A DNA stretch of 64,000 nt from an uncultured Rikenellaceae bacterium (GTDB taxonomy: Bacteria > Bacteroidota > Bacteroidia > Bacteroidales > VadinHA17). Positions 50,354 through 60,456 of this stretch are shown in pieces. The notes beneath the pieces are model-generated. The model worked only from the letters and a program-made list of their open reading frames with translations. It was not told where the DNA came from and searched no databases. The stretch's first letter is position 1; every line of letters starts with the position of its first letter. A program made the translations under genes and the position numbers. The stretch lies in assembly GCA_964507015.1 (NCBI GenBank), contig CAZDOM010000003.1:1085-65084 (forward strand). Reading direction: 5' to 3'.

Positions 50354-51172
50354 ATGAAAAGGATAATCACAGTTGTTATACTTCCCGTAGTATTTATGAG
50401 TCTGGTTAACCTGACATCCTGTAAATCAGGAAATGGAAAAGAACAGAAAAAGGTTGAACTTGACCAGTTAAAAACAATTGAGAATGAAATTGAATCCAAT
50501 GTATATCCTCTGCCTTCGTCAGCTCAAGTTATAAAAATGCTTCAGGATCTTGAGGTTGGATACATATTCGGAATCTCAAATCCTGTAGAAAATACTAAAA
50601 AGTATTTTACCAGTACAGCCAGGGCTATAAATATAGGAGTATTCGGTGCTGATCTCAGTTATGCGACATTATATAATATTCAGCAGGAGATTATCAATTA
50701 CCTTGAGGCAATCCAATCATTAGCTGCTGACCTTAATATGTCACAGCTTTATGATGAGACCTTATATGATAAGATTAAGCAAAATTTTGATTACAAGGAC
50801 AAACTCGTGGAGATACTTACTGAGGCTTTTGATGAGACCTATGCTTATTTGAGCGACAATGACCAGCAGCCTCTTGCTTTGCTGGTTGTTGGTGGTGCCT
50901 GGGTTGAAGGAATGTATCTTACAACACATGTTTCTGAAGCTGCCTACCAGGTAGCAGGCATTTCAAAAAACCTTCTGGAACAGAAGAAATCATTTGAGCT
51001 CTTTCTTGAGATCACCAAACCATATGAGGATGATCCGATTGTGAGTGATTTTGTTAAGAAACTAGATCCCATTAAAGAGGTATATGACAGACTGGGAACC
51101 AGCCTTACCCAGAAAGACATTATGGATATTACAAAAGCTATGGAAGAGGTTAGAACCCTGATCGTACTATAG
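50354..51172 (+). CDS. Hypothetical all-alpha lipoprotein
   Basis: Lipobox LTSC (Cys23); helical sequence including AINIGVFGADLSY and LVVGGAWVEGMY; directly upstream of the ABC gene. Confidence 0.8.
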   Translation: MKRIITVVILPVVFMSLVNLTSCKSGNGKEQKKVELDQLKTIENEIESNVYPLPSSAQVIKMLQDLEVGYIFGISNPVENTKKYFTSTARAINIGVFGADLSYATLYNIQQEIINYLEAIQSLAADLNMSQLYDETLYDKIKQNFDYKDKLVEILTEAFDETYAYLSDNDQQPLALLVVGGAWVEGMYLTTHVSEAAYQVAGISKNLLEQKKSFELFLEITKPYEDDPIVSDFVKKLDPIKEVYDRLGTSLTQKDIMDITKAMEEVRTLIVL

Positions 51173-51189
51173 ATATATATTGAATCTCT

Positions 51190-51224
51190 GACCGCAAAGA
51201 ATATTACTTTGCGGTCTTTTTTTT
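51190..51224 (+). terminator. Strong intrinsic terminator between the lipoprotein and ABC genes
   Basis: Perfect 10 bp stem GACCGCAAAG / CTTTGCGGTC, 7 nt loop, then T8. Confidence 0.8.
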
Positions 51225-51237
51225 ACATGCGAGCTTA

Positions 51238-54200
51238 ATGAGGGAATCAGTATTACTGGCTTTGATCCATATTTTTGCCATTGTCTCGACAGTTAATCCT
51301 GCAGGAATAACATCTCGCGGCAGAAAGATCCTTCGTAGCTACCTTCGCAGATATCTTAACAGGGAGCTTGAAGAGGAGTACTTTGCACTCTTCGAAAACA
51401 ATCTTGAATTTTATTCAAATGAATTAAAGAGTGTTGATAAGTCAGAACTGGCGGATGAAGATTCCCTGATATCCTTTCAGATAACAAATATATGCAGGCA
51501 AATTAAAAAGGGACTTTTTCTTGATGAGAGAATGATAGTTTTTCTTCAGCTGATAGAGTTTGCTTTTGAAGATGGGATGATAACAGAACAGGAGAAAACC
51601 ATCATCGATATTGTTGCAAGAACTTTCAATATTTCAAGAAGAGAATATGATAATGCTTCTGCTTTTATGATAGGCAGATCATTCGATGATATAACTCCTG
51701 AATCTGTTCTGTTGATTGAGAGTGACAATCCTGTCTCTTCTGCTGAAAGAAAATATAAAAATTATAACAAATGGCATCATATCCGGTTAAAAGGATTCAG
51801 AGGTCATCTTTTTATTCTTTTTATTGAAAGTACCGGAACACTTCTTCTGACTTATGACGGTCCGCTTGCACTCTATTTTAAAGGAAGGGATATTATTGCC
51901 TACCGGCCATTTTTGCTTGAAAAAGGTGTGAATATAAAAGGTCAGGGTATTGAACCAATATTTTATTCGAAGATCTTCAAAAAATTTGTTTCGGAAAGTT
52001 TTGCGGAAAAGGTTGTTTTTGAAGGACATAATATAGAATACCTGTTTAAAAATTCCGATAATGGTGTTCGAAAAATGAATTTCAGGGTTGAATCAGGGAA
52101 CATTATCGGAATTATGGGTGGAAGTGGAGTTGGAAAAACCACAATGCTAAACTTGCTGCATGGAAAAATCAAACCGATATCGGGCGAGTTATATATAAAC
52201 GGATATGACATTCATACTGATTCTGAAGTGATTGAGGGATTAATCGGATATGTTCCACAGGATGATATGCTTATTGAAGAACTCACTGTTTATCAGAATC
52301 TTTATTTCAATGCTCGATTATGCTTCGGTGGCTATACAGAAGAACAGCTTAAAAATATAGTTGATAAGGTGTTGACAGACCTTGATCTGATTGAGATAAA
52401 GGATCTTCAGGTAGGTGATATACTGAATAAGAAGGTGAGCGGTGGCCAGCGTAAACGACTTAATATTGGTCTGGAACTGATGCGGGAACCAGTGGTCCTG
52501 TTTATTGATGAACCAACTTCAGGATTATCCTCATTCGACTCCGAAAAGGTTATGAATCTGATTAAGAACCAGTCGTTGCGGGGGAAACTGGTATTTACAA
52601 TTATCCACCAGCCATCATCAGGTGTTATCAAGATGTTTGACAGTCTCTGGATACTGGATAAAGGTGGTTATATGATATATGACGGAGACCCTGTCGAAGC
52701 TCTTGTCTATTTCAAAACCGAAACATCACAGGCTAATGCTGCTGAAAGCGAATGCCCAAACTGTGGCAATATAGAGACAGACGATATACTGGAGATTATA
52801 GAGGTCAAAAATATTGATAATGAAGGTTATCCCGGGAAAGAGAGACAGGTGAGCCCTAAGGAGTGGTACGAAAAGTACATGAAAAAGATGATGCCTGTTT
52901 TGGAAGGTATTCCTGAAAAGAAATCTGTAACTCCTGTTAAATCGACAGTGCCACGCAAGTCAGTACAGATAAAAACATTTATCAATAGAAATATAATCCG
53001 TAAGCTTGCCGATACCCAGTATATGACCATTAACCTGCTTGAAGTTCCTTTCCTGGCATTTGTACTTGGTTATATTTCGAAATACAGTGAAGGCGGAACA
53101 TATTTTTTTTCAGCAAATAAAAACTATCCTGTATTCCTCTTTATGTCGGTTATTGTTGCCCTGTTTATTGGGCTGACTGTGAGTGCTGAAGAGATATATC
53201 GTGACAGGAAAATACTGGAACGGGAGAAATTTCTTAACCTCAGCAGGTTAAGTTACATGGTTTCGAAGATAACCTTCCTTTTTACACTATCGGCAATACA
53301 AACACTCTCCTATGTACTGGTGGCAAATACTATTCTTGAGGTAAGGGGAATGTTGTTTCAGCAATGGCTGATACTCTTTTCTACTGCATGCTTCGGTAAT
53401 GTACTGGGATTGAATGTTTCAGCAGGTATGCGTACAGCAATTAGTATTTATATACTAATCCCGCTGTTACTTGTGCCGCAGCTGCTGCTTGGAGGGGCAA
53501 TGATAAGGTTTGATGAATTGCATAAGTCATTGAGTAAAAAAATATATGTCCCTGTAGTTGGCGATATTATGACAACAAGATGGGCTTATGAAGCAATATC
53601 TGTTGAACAGTTCAAAAGTAACAGGTTCGAAAAGCCTTTCTTTAAATATGATATGGAGCTTAGTCAGAATGACTGGTATGCATCTTTCCTCATACCAACT
53701 CTTAGAGTTAAAGTCAATGAATGCCTTGTAGCCGGTAGAAATCCAGAATATCAGGAATACTCTGAAAATAATTTCCAAAAGATAAATTATCATTTGAACG
53801 AGCTCTCTGAAATAACAGGTATAAAACCGGGCGACTGGATCAACAGTGTAAATTATTCAAAATTCAACGATATCACAGGCGATGATGTAAAGCTGTACCT
53901 CGACAGTCTTAAAACAACATTGAGAGTAAAAAGCAAGAAAATATCACTTGAACGCGATTCCATGCTAAATGTGAAATCAGATCAGATAGGTTATGACAGG
54001 TTTATAAGGTTAAGGGAGACAGATTATAATGAATTCCTTGCAAATATTGTGCTTAACAGACTTACAACAAATAAGATATATGAATCAGATAACAAGCTGA
54101 TACAGAAAGCTGATCCTATCTTCATGGCTCCCGGTTCAAAATATGGAAGGGCTCATTTCTTTGCTCCTTACAAAATGGTGGGGAATCTCAAAATAGACAC

Positions 54201-54351
54201 GATGATCTTTAATGTTGCTGTTATCTGGCTTATGACTCTGTTTTTCTTTGTGACACTATATTATAATGTACTTAGACGTTTTCTGCAATTTCTTGAAAAC
54301 CAGCATTTCCCATTCTGGCGAAAATTCGGAAGGGAGTTACTTCAAATCTGA
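51238..54351 (+). CDS. ABCG/White-type ABC transporter (NBD before TMD) with N-terminal TerB-like domain
   Basis: FEDGMITEQEK...ARTFNIS (TerB-like); Walker A GGSGVGKT; VSGGQRKR; FIDEPTSGL; TIIHQP; EEIYRDRKILERE; about 6 TM segments with a large loop before the last TM. Confidence 0.85.
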   Translation: MRESVLLALIHIFAIVSTVNPAGITSRGRKILRSYLRRYLNRELEEEYFALFENNLEFYSNELKSVDKSELADEDSLISFQITNICRQIKKGLFLDERMIVFLQLIEFAFEDGMITEQEKTIIDIVARTFNISRREYDNASAFMIGRSFDDITPESVLLIESDNPVSSAERKYKNYNKWHHIRLKGFRGHLFILFIESTGTLLLTYDGPLALYFKGRDIIAYRPFLLEKGVNIKGQGIEPIFYSKIFKKFVSESFAEKVVFEGHNIEYLFKNSDNGVRKMNFRVESGNIIGIMGGSGVGKTTMLNLLHGKIKPISGELYINGYDIHTDSEVIEGLIGYVPQDDMLIEELTVYQNLYFNARLCFGGYTEEQLKNIVDKVLTDLDLIEIKDLQVGDILNKKVSGGQRKRLNIGLELMREPVVLFIDEPTSGLSSFDSEKVMNLIKNQSLRGKLVFTIIHQPSSGVIKMFDSLWILDKGGYMIYDGDPVEALVYFKTETSQANAAESECPNCGNIETDDILEIIEVKNIDNEGYPGKERQVSPKEWYEKYMKKMMPVLEGIPEKKSVTPVKSTVPRKSVQIKTFINRNIIRKLADTQYMTINLLEVPFLAFVLGYISKYSEGGTYFFSANKNYPVFLFMSVIVALFIGLTVSAEEIYRDRKILEREKFLNLSRLSYMVSKITFLFTLSAIQTLSYVLVANTILEVRGMLFQQWLILFSTACFGNVLGLNVSAGMRTAISIYILIPLLLVPQLLLGGAMIRFDELHKSLSKKIYVPVVGDIMTTRWAYEAISVEQFKSNRFEKPFFKYDMELSQNDWYASFLIPTLRVKVNECLVAGRNPEYQEYSENNFQKINYHLNELSEITGIKPGDWINSVNYSKFNDITGDDVKLYLDSLKTTLRVKSKKISLERDSMLNVKSDQIGYDRFIRLRETDYNEFLANIVLNRLTTNKIYESDNKLIQKADPIFMAPGSKYGRAHFFAPYKMVGNLKIDTMIFNVAVIWLMTLFFFVTLYYNVLRRFLQFLENQHFPFWRKFGRELLQI

Positions 54352-54353
54352 AA

Positions 54354-55130
54354 ATGGTATTTCCTAAAAAGAAGCTTGGACAGCATTTCCTTAAAGACAG
54401 GGACATTGCAAGGAGAGTTGCAGATACCCTTTCCGGTTCAGGTTATTCATCTGTCCTGGAAATAGGCCCCGGGACAGGTACATTGACCGGATTTCTTATT
54501 GACAGGAAGTTTAATGATTTCAGGGTCATTGAAATAGATAATGAGTCAGTATACTATCTTAAAGAGAATTTTCCCGATCTGAAGGAGATAATAAGAGGTG
54601 ATTTCCTGATTATGGATATTGATCAATATTTCCCTGATAAATTCGCCATTATAGGTAACTTCCCATATAATATATCAACACAGATCCTGTTTAAGGTACT
54701 TGAAAACAGGGATAAGATAGTTGAGGTTTGCGGGATGTTTCAAAAAGAGGTAGCTGAACGAATCTGCTCCGGCCCGGGTTCAAAATCATATGGTATATTG
54801 AGTGTTTTGCTTCAGGCGTATTACACAACGGATTACCTCTTTACAGTTCCCGAACATGTTTTCTTTCCTCCTCCAAAAGTGAAATCCGGAGTAATACGAC
54901 TTACCCGGAATATTGTGAAAAGTCTTGATTGTGATGAAATACTCTTTCGGAAGGTTGTTAAAGCAAGTTTTAATCAGAGGAGAAAGATTCTTAGAAATTC
55001 CCTTAAGGCTGTATTTATCCTCAAAAATGAGAATGATAAATATTTCAGATTGAGACCAGAGCGATTATCTGTTGATGATTTTATTGAACTTACAAACTGG
55101 ATATCAAAAAACAGGGTTTTACCCGAATGA
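54354..55130 (+). CDS. rsmA: 16S rRNA dimethyladenosine transferase KsgA
   Basis: PKKKLGQHFL, LEIGPGTG, GNFPYNIS and MFQKEVAER. Confidence 0.97.
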   Translation: MVFPKKKLGQHFLKDRDIARRVADTLSGSGYSSVLEIGPGTGTLTGFLIDRKFNDFRVIEIDNESVYYLKENFPDLKEIIRGDFLIMDIDQYFPDKFAIIGNFPYNISTQILFKVLENRDKIVEVCGMFQKEVAERICSGPGSKSYGILSVLLQAYYTTDYLFTVPEHVFFPPPKVKSGVIRLTRNIVKSLDCDEILFRKVVKASFNQRRKILRNSLKAVFILKNENDKYFRLRPERLSVDDFIELTNWISKNRVLPE

Positions 55131-56375
55131 ATATCCAATTGCGTCGACCGGATTCATTTTGGACGCGGAATAGGCCGGAGCATAACCCGCAACTATTCCT
55201 ATTATTCCTGAAATAAATACTGCAAGAAATGCATTTGCCAGGGTGAGATACATATTCAGTTCCCACAGGTAATTAATTACTAATGTTGCTATAAATATGA
55301 GGAAAATTCCCACTATACCTCCTGCAATAGATAGCAGTACCGATTCTGTCAGGAACTGTTGCAGTATAAAAAATCGTTTTGCCCCAAGTGCTTTCTGTAT
55401 ACCTATAATATTTGTCCTTTCCCTGACAGAAACAAACATAATATTGGCAATTCCAAATCCCCCGACAAGGATGGCAAATCCTCCTATAATCCAGCCACCT
55501 ATATTAATCCCGGCAAAAACAGCATCAAATCCCTGTGTAAGCAGGCTCGCCTTGTTAACAGAAAAATTGGATTCCTCACCGGGATGAAGTCTCCGGGCTG
55601 CCCTGAGAATCATAGTAACCTCATCACTTAACTCCTGTACCGGAACACTCTCCTTACTCTTTATCATGATATTGGATCCAAGGAATGGATTACGCATGTT
55701 GATAAAGTTCCTTGCATAATTTATCGGTACAAGGGTCATCTCATCCATACCACTGTCACTTATTCCTCCTTTTCCCTCCTTTTTAAAGACTCCTATAACA
55801 CTGGTTTTATGACCTGAGATTATTATCTCTTTGCCAACAGGATTTACCCCTTCAAAAAGTCTTTCTGCTACCTCATATCCTACTATAGCAACATTCCTGC
55901 CTGAAGCTGATTCTTCAGGAGTGAAATATCGTCCCTCCGCAATATCAAATGATCGTAGTTCTTCAAATTCATGTGTTGCTGCCCATATGTAGGCATTATT
56001 TGCCTGGCTTTTTCTATAGCGGATCGATTCCGGTTCGGTGACTGAAAAACATATTGCTTCCGATTTAGTTGACTTTCGCTGTAATGCTTCATAATCTTTC
56101 AACGACACAACCGGCCATTTTATAATATCCCACCACTTGAGATTAGGATCAAATGACCATGGAAATTTTTGAATATATATTACATTATCACCAAGGGTTG
56201 CAATAGATTCACGAATTGATTTTTCCATCCAGTCAAGAACAGTAAATACTGAAATGATGGAAAAGATTCCTATAGTTATGCCAAAAAGAGAAAGGAATGT
56301 CCTTAATTTATTAACAAGAAAAGAGTTAACAGCGTACAGAAAACCCTCTTTAAAAAGCCTTAAGAACATCTTCAT
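55119..56375 (-). CDS. ABC transporter permease, MacB/FtsX family
   Basis: LRTFLSLFGITIGI, GGFGIANIMFVSVRERT, KALGA and PAYSASKMNP. No adjacent ATPase gene. Confidence 0.9.
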   Translation of the reverse strand: MKMFLRLFKEGFLYAVNSFLVNKLRTFLSLFGITIGIFSIISVFTVLDWMEKSIRESIATLGDNVIYIQKFPWSFDPNLKWWDIIKWPVVSLKDYEALQRKSTKSEAICFSVTEPESIRYRKSQANNAYIWAATHEFEELRSFDIAEGRYFTPEESASGRNVAIVGYEVAERLFEGVNPVGKEIIISGHKTSVIGVFKKEGKGGISDSGMDEMTLVPINYARNFINMRNPFLGSNIMIKSKESVPVQELSDEVTMILRAARRLHPGEESNFSVNKASLLTQGFDAVFAGINIGGWIIGGFAILVGGFGIANIMFVSVRERTNIIGIQKALGAKRFFILQQFLTESVLLSIAGGIVGIFLIFIATLVINYLWELNMYLTLANAFLAVFISGIIGIVAGYAPAYSASKMNPVDAIGYSFG

Positions 56376-56539
56376 ACCTGTAAAAAATAAATGAGGCTCA
56401 AAGATAAGAAAAAAGGAAATGCATGACTAATTATTCATTCACACATATATTCATAATGCTTATCTATTGAGGTTAACAAAAAAATATATATTTTTATTCG
56501 CCCTAATTATCAGCATCTGATAATCATAATCTTCAGATA

Positions 56540-58063
56540 ATGAGTGAAAAGAGAATTAAAAGTGCTTTAATTTCAGTTTATTATAAAGAGGGTTTGGATG
56601 AAATTGTTAAGACTCTCCATGCTCTGGATATAAAAATTTATTCAACCGGAGGTACTTTCAGCTTTATAAAGGAACTTGGTATTCCTGCTGAAAAGGTTGA
56701 GGACCTTACTACCTATCCTTCAATTCTGGGAGGCAGGGTCAAAACATTACATCCTTTGGTTTTCGGGGGTATTCTTGCCCGAAGAGACAATTCAGAAGAT
56801 GTTGAACAGATGGTAAAGTACAACATACCTGCTATTGATATGGTAATAGTTGATCTTTATCCGTTCGAGGAAACAGTAAGCAACACTACTGATGAAAATG
56901 AAATAATTGAAAAAATTGATATTGGTGGTATCTCTTTGATCCGTGCAGCAGCAAAGAACTACAATGATGTTCTTATAATTTCCAGCCGGGAACAATACAC
57001 AGAACTACTGATACTGCTTGATGAAAAAAGGGGTTTCACAACTCTCGGCGAGAGAAAACTATTTGCTGCCCACGCCTTCAAAACATCATCTAACTATGAT
57101 ACGGCAATCTTCAGGTATTTCAACAGAGAAGCAAGGCTCAATGTATTCAGGGAGAGCATTGATAAAGCATATCCTTTAAGGTATGGAGAAAACCCTCACC
57201 AGAAAGGTGTTTTTTATGGTGAGCCGGCCAGCTTGTTTGACAAGTTGAATGGGAAAGAAATATCATATAATAATCTACTCGATATTGAATCTGCTCTTAA
57301 TCTTATCGATGAGTTTTCTGACACAACAGTCGTTATCATTAAACATAACAATGCCTGTGGAGCAGCCTCCAGGGATAATTTAACAGAAGCATGGAAAGCA
57401 GCTCTGGCATGTGATCCTGTTTCTGCCTATGGCGGTATTATTACAGCAAACTGCCCGGTTGATGAGGCATCAGCAACTGAAATGGATAAAATATTCTTTG
57501 AAATAATCATTGCGCCGGAATTTTCAGATGCTGCACTGGAAATACTCAAACGGAAGAAGAACAGGATAATCCTTGTCAGGAAGGGAAAAGGAGACACCCC
57601 ATACTGTTACAGGTCATTACTGAATGGTGTTTTATGGCAGGAACGGGATAAGAGCACAGAATCGGAAAAAGATATGAAACCTGTTACATCCAGAGTGCCG
57701 GAACCAGCAGAATATCGTGATCTTGTCTTCGCTAATAAGATAGTAAAACATAGTAAATCAAATACCATAGTACTGGCGAAAAAGAACCAGCTATGTGCCA
57801 GTGGTATTGGTCAGACCTCAAGAGTTGATGCACTGAAACAGGCAATTGAAAAGGCTAAAACATTTGGATTTAATCTTGAAAGTGCTGTTATGGCATCTGA
57901 TGCATTCTTTCCCTTCAGCGACAGCGTCGAAATTGCACATCAGGCAGGTATAAAAGCAGTTATACAACCCGGAGGATCAGTGCGTGATCAGGAATCAATT
58001 GACTTCTGTTCCTCACACGGTATGGCCATGGTATTTACAGGTATAAGACATTTTAAACATTAA
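56540..58063 (+). CDS. purH: Bifunctional AICAR transformylase / IMP cyclohydrolase
   Basis: GGRVKTLHP, IDIGG, LRYGENPHQ, KHNNACG and SDAFFPF. Confidence 0.98.
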   Translation: MSEKRIKSALISVYYKEGLDEIVKTLHALDIKIYSTGGTFSFIKELGIPAEKVEDLTTYPSILGGRVKTLHPLVFGGILARRDNSEDVEQMVKYNIPAIDMVIVDLYPFEETVSNTTDENEIIEKIDIGGISLIRAAAKNYNDVLIISSREQYTELLILLDEKRGFTTLGERKLFAAHAFKTSSNYDTAIFRYFNREARLNVFRESIDKAYPLRYGENPHQKGVFYGEPASLFDKLNGKEISYNNLLDIESALNLIDEFSDTTVVIIKHNNACGAASRDNLTEAWKAALACDPVSAYGGIITANCPVDEASATEMDKIFFEIIIAPEFSDAALEILKRKKNRIILVRKGKGDTPYCYRSLLNGVLWQERDKSTESEKDMKPVTSRVPEPAEYRDLVFANKIVKHSKSNTIVLAKKNQLCASGIGQTSRVDALKQAIEKAKTFGFNLESAVMASDAFFPFSDSVEIAHQAGIKAVIQPGGSVRDQESIDFCSSHGMAMVFTGIRHFKH

Positions 58064-58084
58064 CCAAATTAATAATCTCATTAT

Positions 58085-59107
58085 ATGGGCCTCTTATCAT
58101 TTTTGACACAGGAGATTGCTATTGATCTCGGAACAGCAAATACAATAATTATTACCAACGATAAAATTGTTGTTGATGAACCATCTATTGTTGCAATAGA
58201 CAAAAACACGGGTAAATTGATAGCAATAGGCGAAGCAGCCAGGCAGATGCATGGGAAGACTCATGAAAATATTAAAACAATCAGACCGATGAAAGATGGT
58301 GTGATAGCTGATTTTAATGCTGCCGAACTGATGATAAGGGGAATGATCAAGATGATTAACAAAGGACCACGATTCTTTTCACCATCACTTAAAATGGTAG
58401 TATGCATCCCGTCAGGAAGTACAGAAGTTGAAATTCGCGCAGTTCGTGATTCATCAGAACATGCAGGAGGAAGGGACGTATATATGATTTATGAACCTAT
58501 GGCTGCCGCCATAGGGATCGGACTTGATGTGGAGGCTCCTGAAGGTTTTATGCTTATCGATATAGGTGGTGGTACAACAGAAATAGCTGTAATTGCATTG
58601 GGTGGGATTGTATGCAATAAATCAATAAGAATTGCCGGAGATGGTTTTACGGCTGATATCCAGGCATATATGAGGCACCAGCACAATATAAAAATTGGAG
58701 AAAAAACTGCTGAGGATATAAAAATTGCCGTGGGAGCGGCCCTCCCTGATATTGATAATCCACCCGCCGATTATACTGTAAGAGGACCAAACATAATGAC
58801 TGCTCTGCCGATTGAAATACCTATTTCATACCAGGAGATTGCCTATTGCCTCGATAAATCACTGTCAAAAGTGGAAGCCGCTCTTCTTAATGTTCTTGAA
58901 ATGACACCCCCGGAGCTCTATGCAGATGTAGTGAACAAAGGAATTTATATGGTAGGCGGAGGAGCCCTTTTGAGAGGACTGGATAAAAGATTTTCGGATA
59001 AAATAAATATTAAATTTAATGTCGTTGAGGATCCACTTCATGCTGTCGCACGTGGTACAGGTGTAGCTCTGAAGAATGTCGACAAATTTCCATTCCTCAT
59101 GAGATAA
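58085..59107 (+). CDS. mreB: Rod shape-determining protein MreB
   Basis: IDLGTANT, RPMKDGVIADF, DIGGGTTE and GGGALL. Confidence 0.98.
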   Translation: MGLLSFLTQEIAIDLGTANTIIITNDKIVVDEPSIVAIDKNTGKLIAIGEAARQMHGKTHENIKTIRPMKDGVIADFNAAELMIRGMIKMINKGPRFFSPSLKMVVCIPSGSTEVEIRAVRDSSEHAGGRDVYMIYEPMAAAIGIGLDVEAPEGFMLIDIGGGTTEIAVIALGGIVCNKSIRIAGDGFTADIQAYMRHQHNIKIGEKTAEDIKIAVGAALPDIDNPPADYTVRGPNIMTALPIEIPISYQEIAYCLDKSLSKVEAALLNVLEMTPPELYADVVNKGIYMVGGGALLRGLDKRFSDKINIKFNVVEDPLHAVARGTGVALKNVDKFPFLMR

Positions 59108-59120
59108 TGTAAAGTTGTGA

Positions 59121-59942
59121 ATGAGAAACCTGCTGAATTTTCTGGCGAAGTATAACAACCTGATAATCTTTCTTATACTTGAAGGGATAGCACTCTATTT
59201 GATTAGCAACGGCAATAATTATCATAATACAAGGATCGTTAAGGGAATACGTGGTATTACAAGAGGAATGGAGGAGAAGATCAGTAATACCAGGACATAT
59301 TTCCATTTAAGGGAAATAAACCAGGAGCTGGCTGCAGAAAATGCCTCCCTGAAAAGCACTATCGAGAAATTTAATAATAAAGAGGATCTGCTTTTTTTTT
59401 CGGTTTCCGATACGGCATACCATCAGAAATACACATTCTGCTCAGCCAGAATTATTGATAATTCGGTAAACAAGCAAAAGAACTTCTTTACAATAGACAA
59501 AGGCGAGAAGGATGGCCTGGCTGTCGACATGGCAGTTTCATCAACCAATGGTGTTGCAGGGGTTATTGTAGGATGTTCCAGGAACTTCTCCGTGGCTATG
59601 TCGCTACTGAATCTCGATTTCAGGGTTAGCGCCAGAATTAAATCAAATGGATACTTTGGCTCATTGGGCTGGGATGGCCGTGACTATAAATATGCCATTC
59701 TAAATGAGATACCGCAGCATGTGCCTGTTAGCATAGGAGATACAATTGAAACAACAGGTTTCTCCACTCTTTTCCCGGAAGGAATTATGATAGGCACTGT
59801 AAGCAATTTTAAAAATCCGGGTGGTGATTTTTATATGATTGAAGTTTTGCTGAATACCGATTTCAAACGACTTCATTATGTGAATGTAATTGGAAACTTA
59901 AGAAAAGCAGAACAACTGGAACTTGAAGAACCATTTCAATGA
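59121..59942 (+). CDS. mreC: Rod shape-determining protein MreC
   Basis: N-terminal TM segment, coiled coil, TIDKGEKDG and FPEGIMIG; operon position. Confidence 0.93.
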   Translation: MRNLLNFLAKYNNLIIFLILEGIALYLISNGNNYHNTRIVKGIRGITRGMEEKISNTRTYFHLREINQELAAENASLKSTIEKFNNKEDLLFFSVSDTAYHQKYTFCSARIIDNSVNKQKNFFTIDKGEKDGLAVDMAVSSTNGVAGVIVGCSRNFSVAMSLLNLDFRVSARIKSNGYFGSLGWDGRDYKYAILNEIPQHVPVSIGDTIETTGFSTLFPEGIMIGTVSNFKNPGGDFYMIEVLLNTDFKRLHYVNVIGNLRKAEQLELEEPFQ

Positions 59943-60445
59943 TCAATTCGATTTTAAGATATAGCCTGATATTCATCCTGCTGATACTTCTGCAGGTCCT
60001 GTTTTTTAATAATATTGAGTTCAACGGTTATATTAACCCGTGGATCTATATTATGTTCATACTTCTTCTGCCGTGTGAAATATCATCATGGTTATTACTT
60101 ATTATTGCATTTTTCACCGGGTTCGTAGTGGATATTTTTTGTGGCTCACCTGGTATGCATGCTGCAGCAACTGTTCTGGCTGGATTTGTTCGTCCCTATG
60201 TAATGAGATTAATTTCGCCCAGAGACGGATATGAACCGGGTTCTGATCCTTCGATGGTAGTCTACGGATTTAAATGGTACCTTATATATACTTCGATAAT
60301 AATTCTTATTCATCATACAGCCTTGTTTTATCTGGAGGTTTTCCGTTTTGCTGATTTCTTCCGGACACTGTTCAGGGTAATAATAAGTTCTCTTTTCTCA
60401 ATATCTTTTATTCTTCTACTGGAATACGCAAGGAAAGGGAAGTAA
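59939..60445 (+). CDS. mreD: Rod shape-determining protein MreD
   Basis: Hydrophobic 168 aa protein between mreC and PBP2. Confidence 0.9.
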   Translation: MINSILRYSLIFILLILLQVLFFNNIEFNGYINPWIYIMFILLLPCEISSWLLLIIAFFTGFVVDIFCGSPGMHAAATVLAGFVRPYVMRLISPRDGYEPGSDPSMVVYGFKWYLIYTSIIILIHHTALFYLEVFRFADFFRTLFRVIISSLFSISFILLLEYARKGK

Positions 60446-60456
60446 TTGGGAGGCTC

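Noticed and set aside
5710-54351. Direct link between the SiaB-like kinase and the ABCG beta (FHA-like) domain
   Set aside because: The genes are 44 kb apart and the FHA resemblance is weak, with the conserved phosphothreonine-binding Arg/Ser not identifiable. Kept only as a co-occurrence test.
56424-56437. ARG-box-like TGACTAATTATTCA upstream of purH
   Set aside because: A good single core, but no second box at 7 bp spacing. A chance match is plausible in AT-rich intergenic DNA.
56376-56539. ZTP (pfl) riboswitch upstream of purH
   Set aside because: No GC-rich pfl consensus is present. Only a small ATTATCAG/CTGATAAT hairpin is seen.
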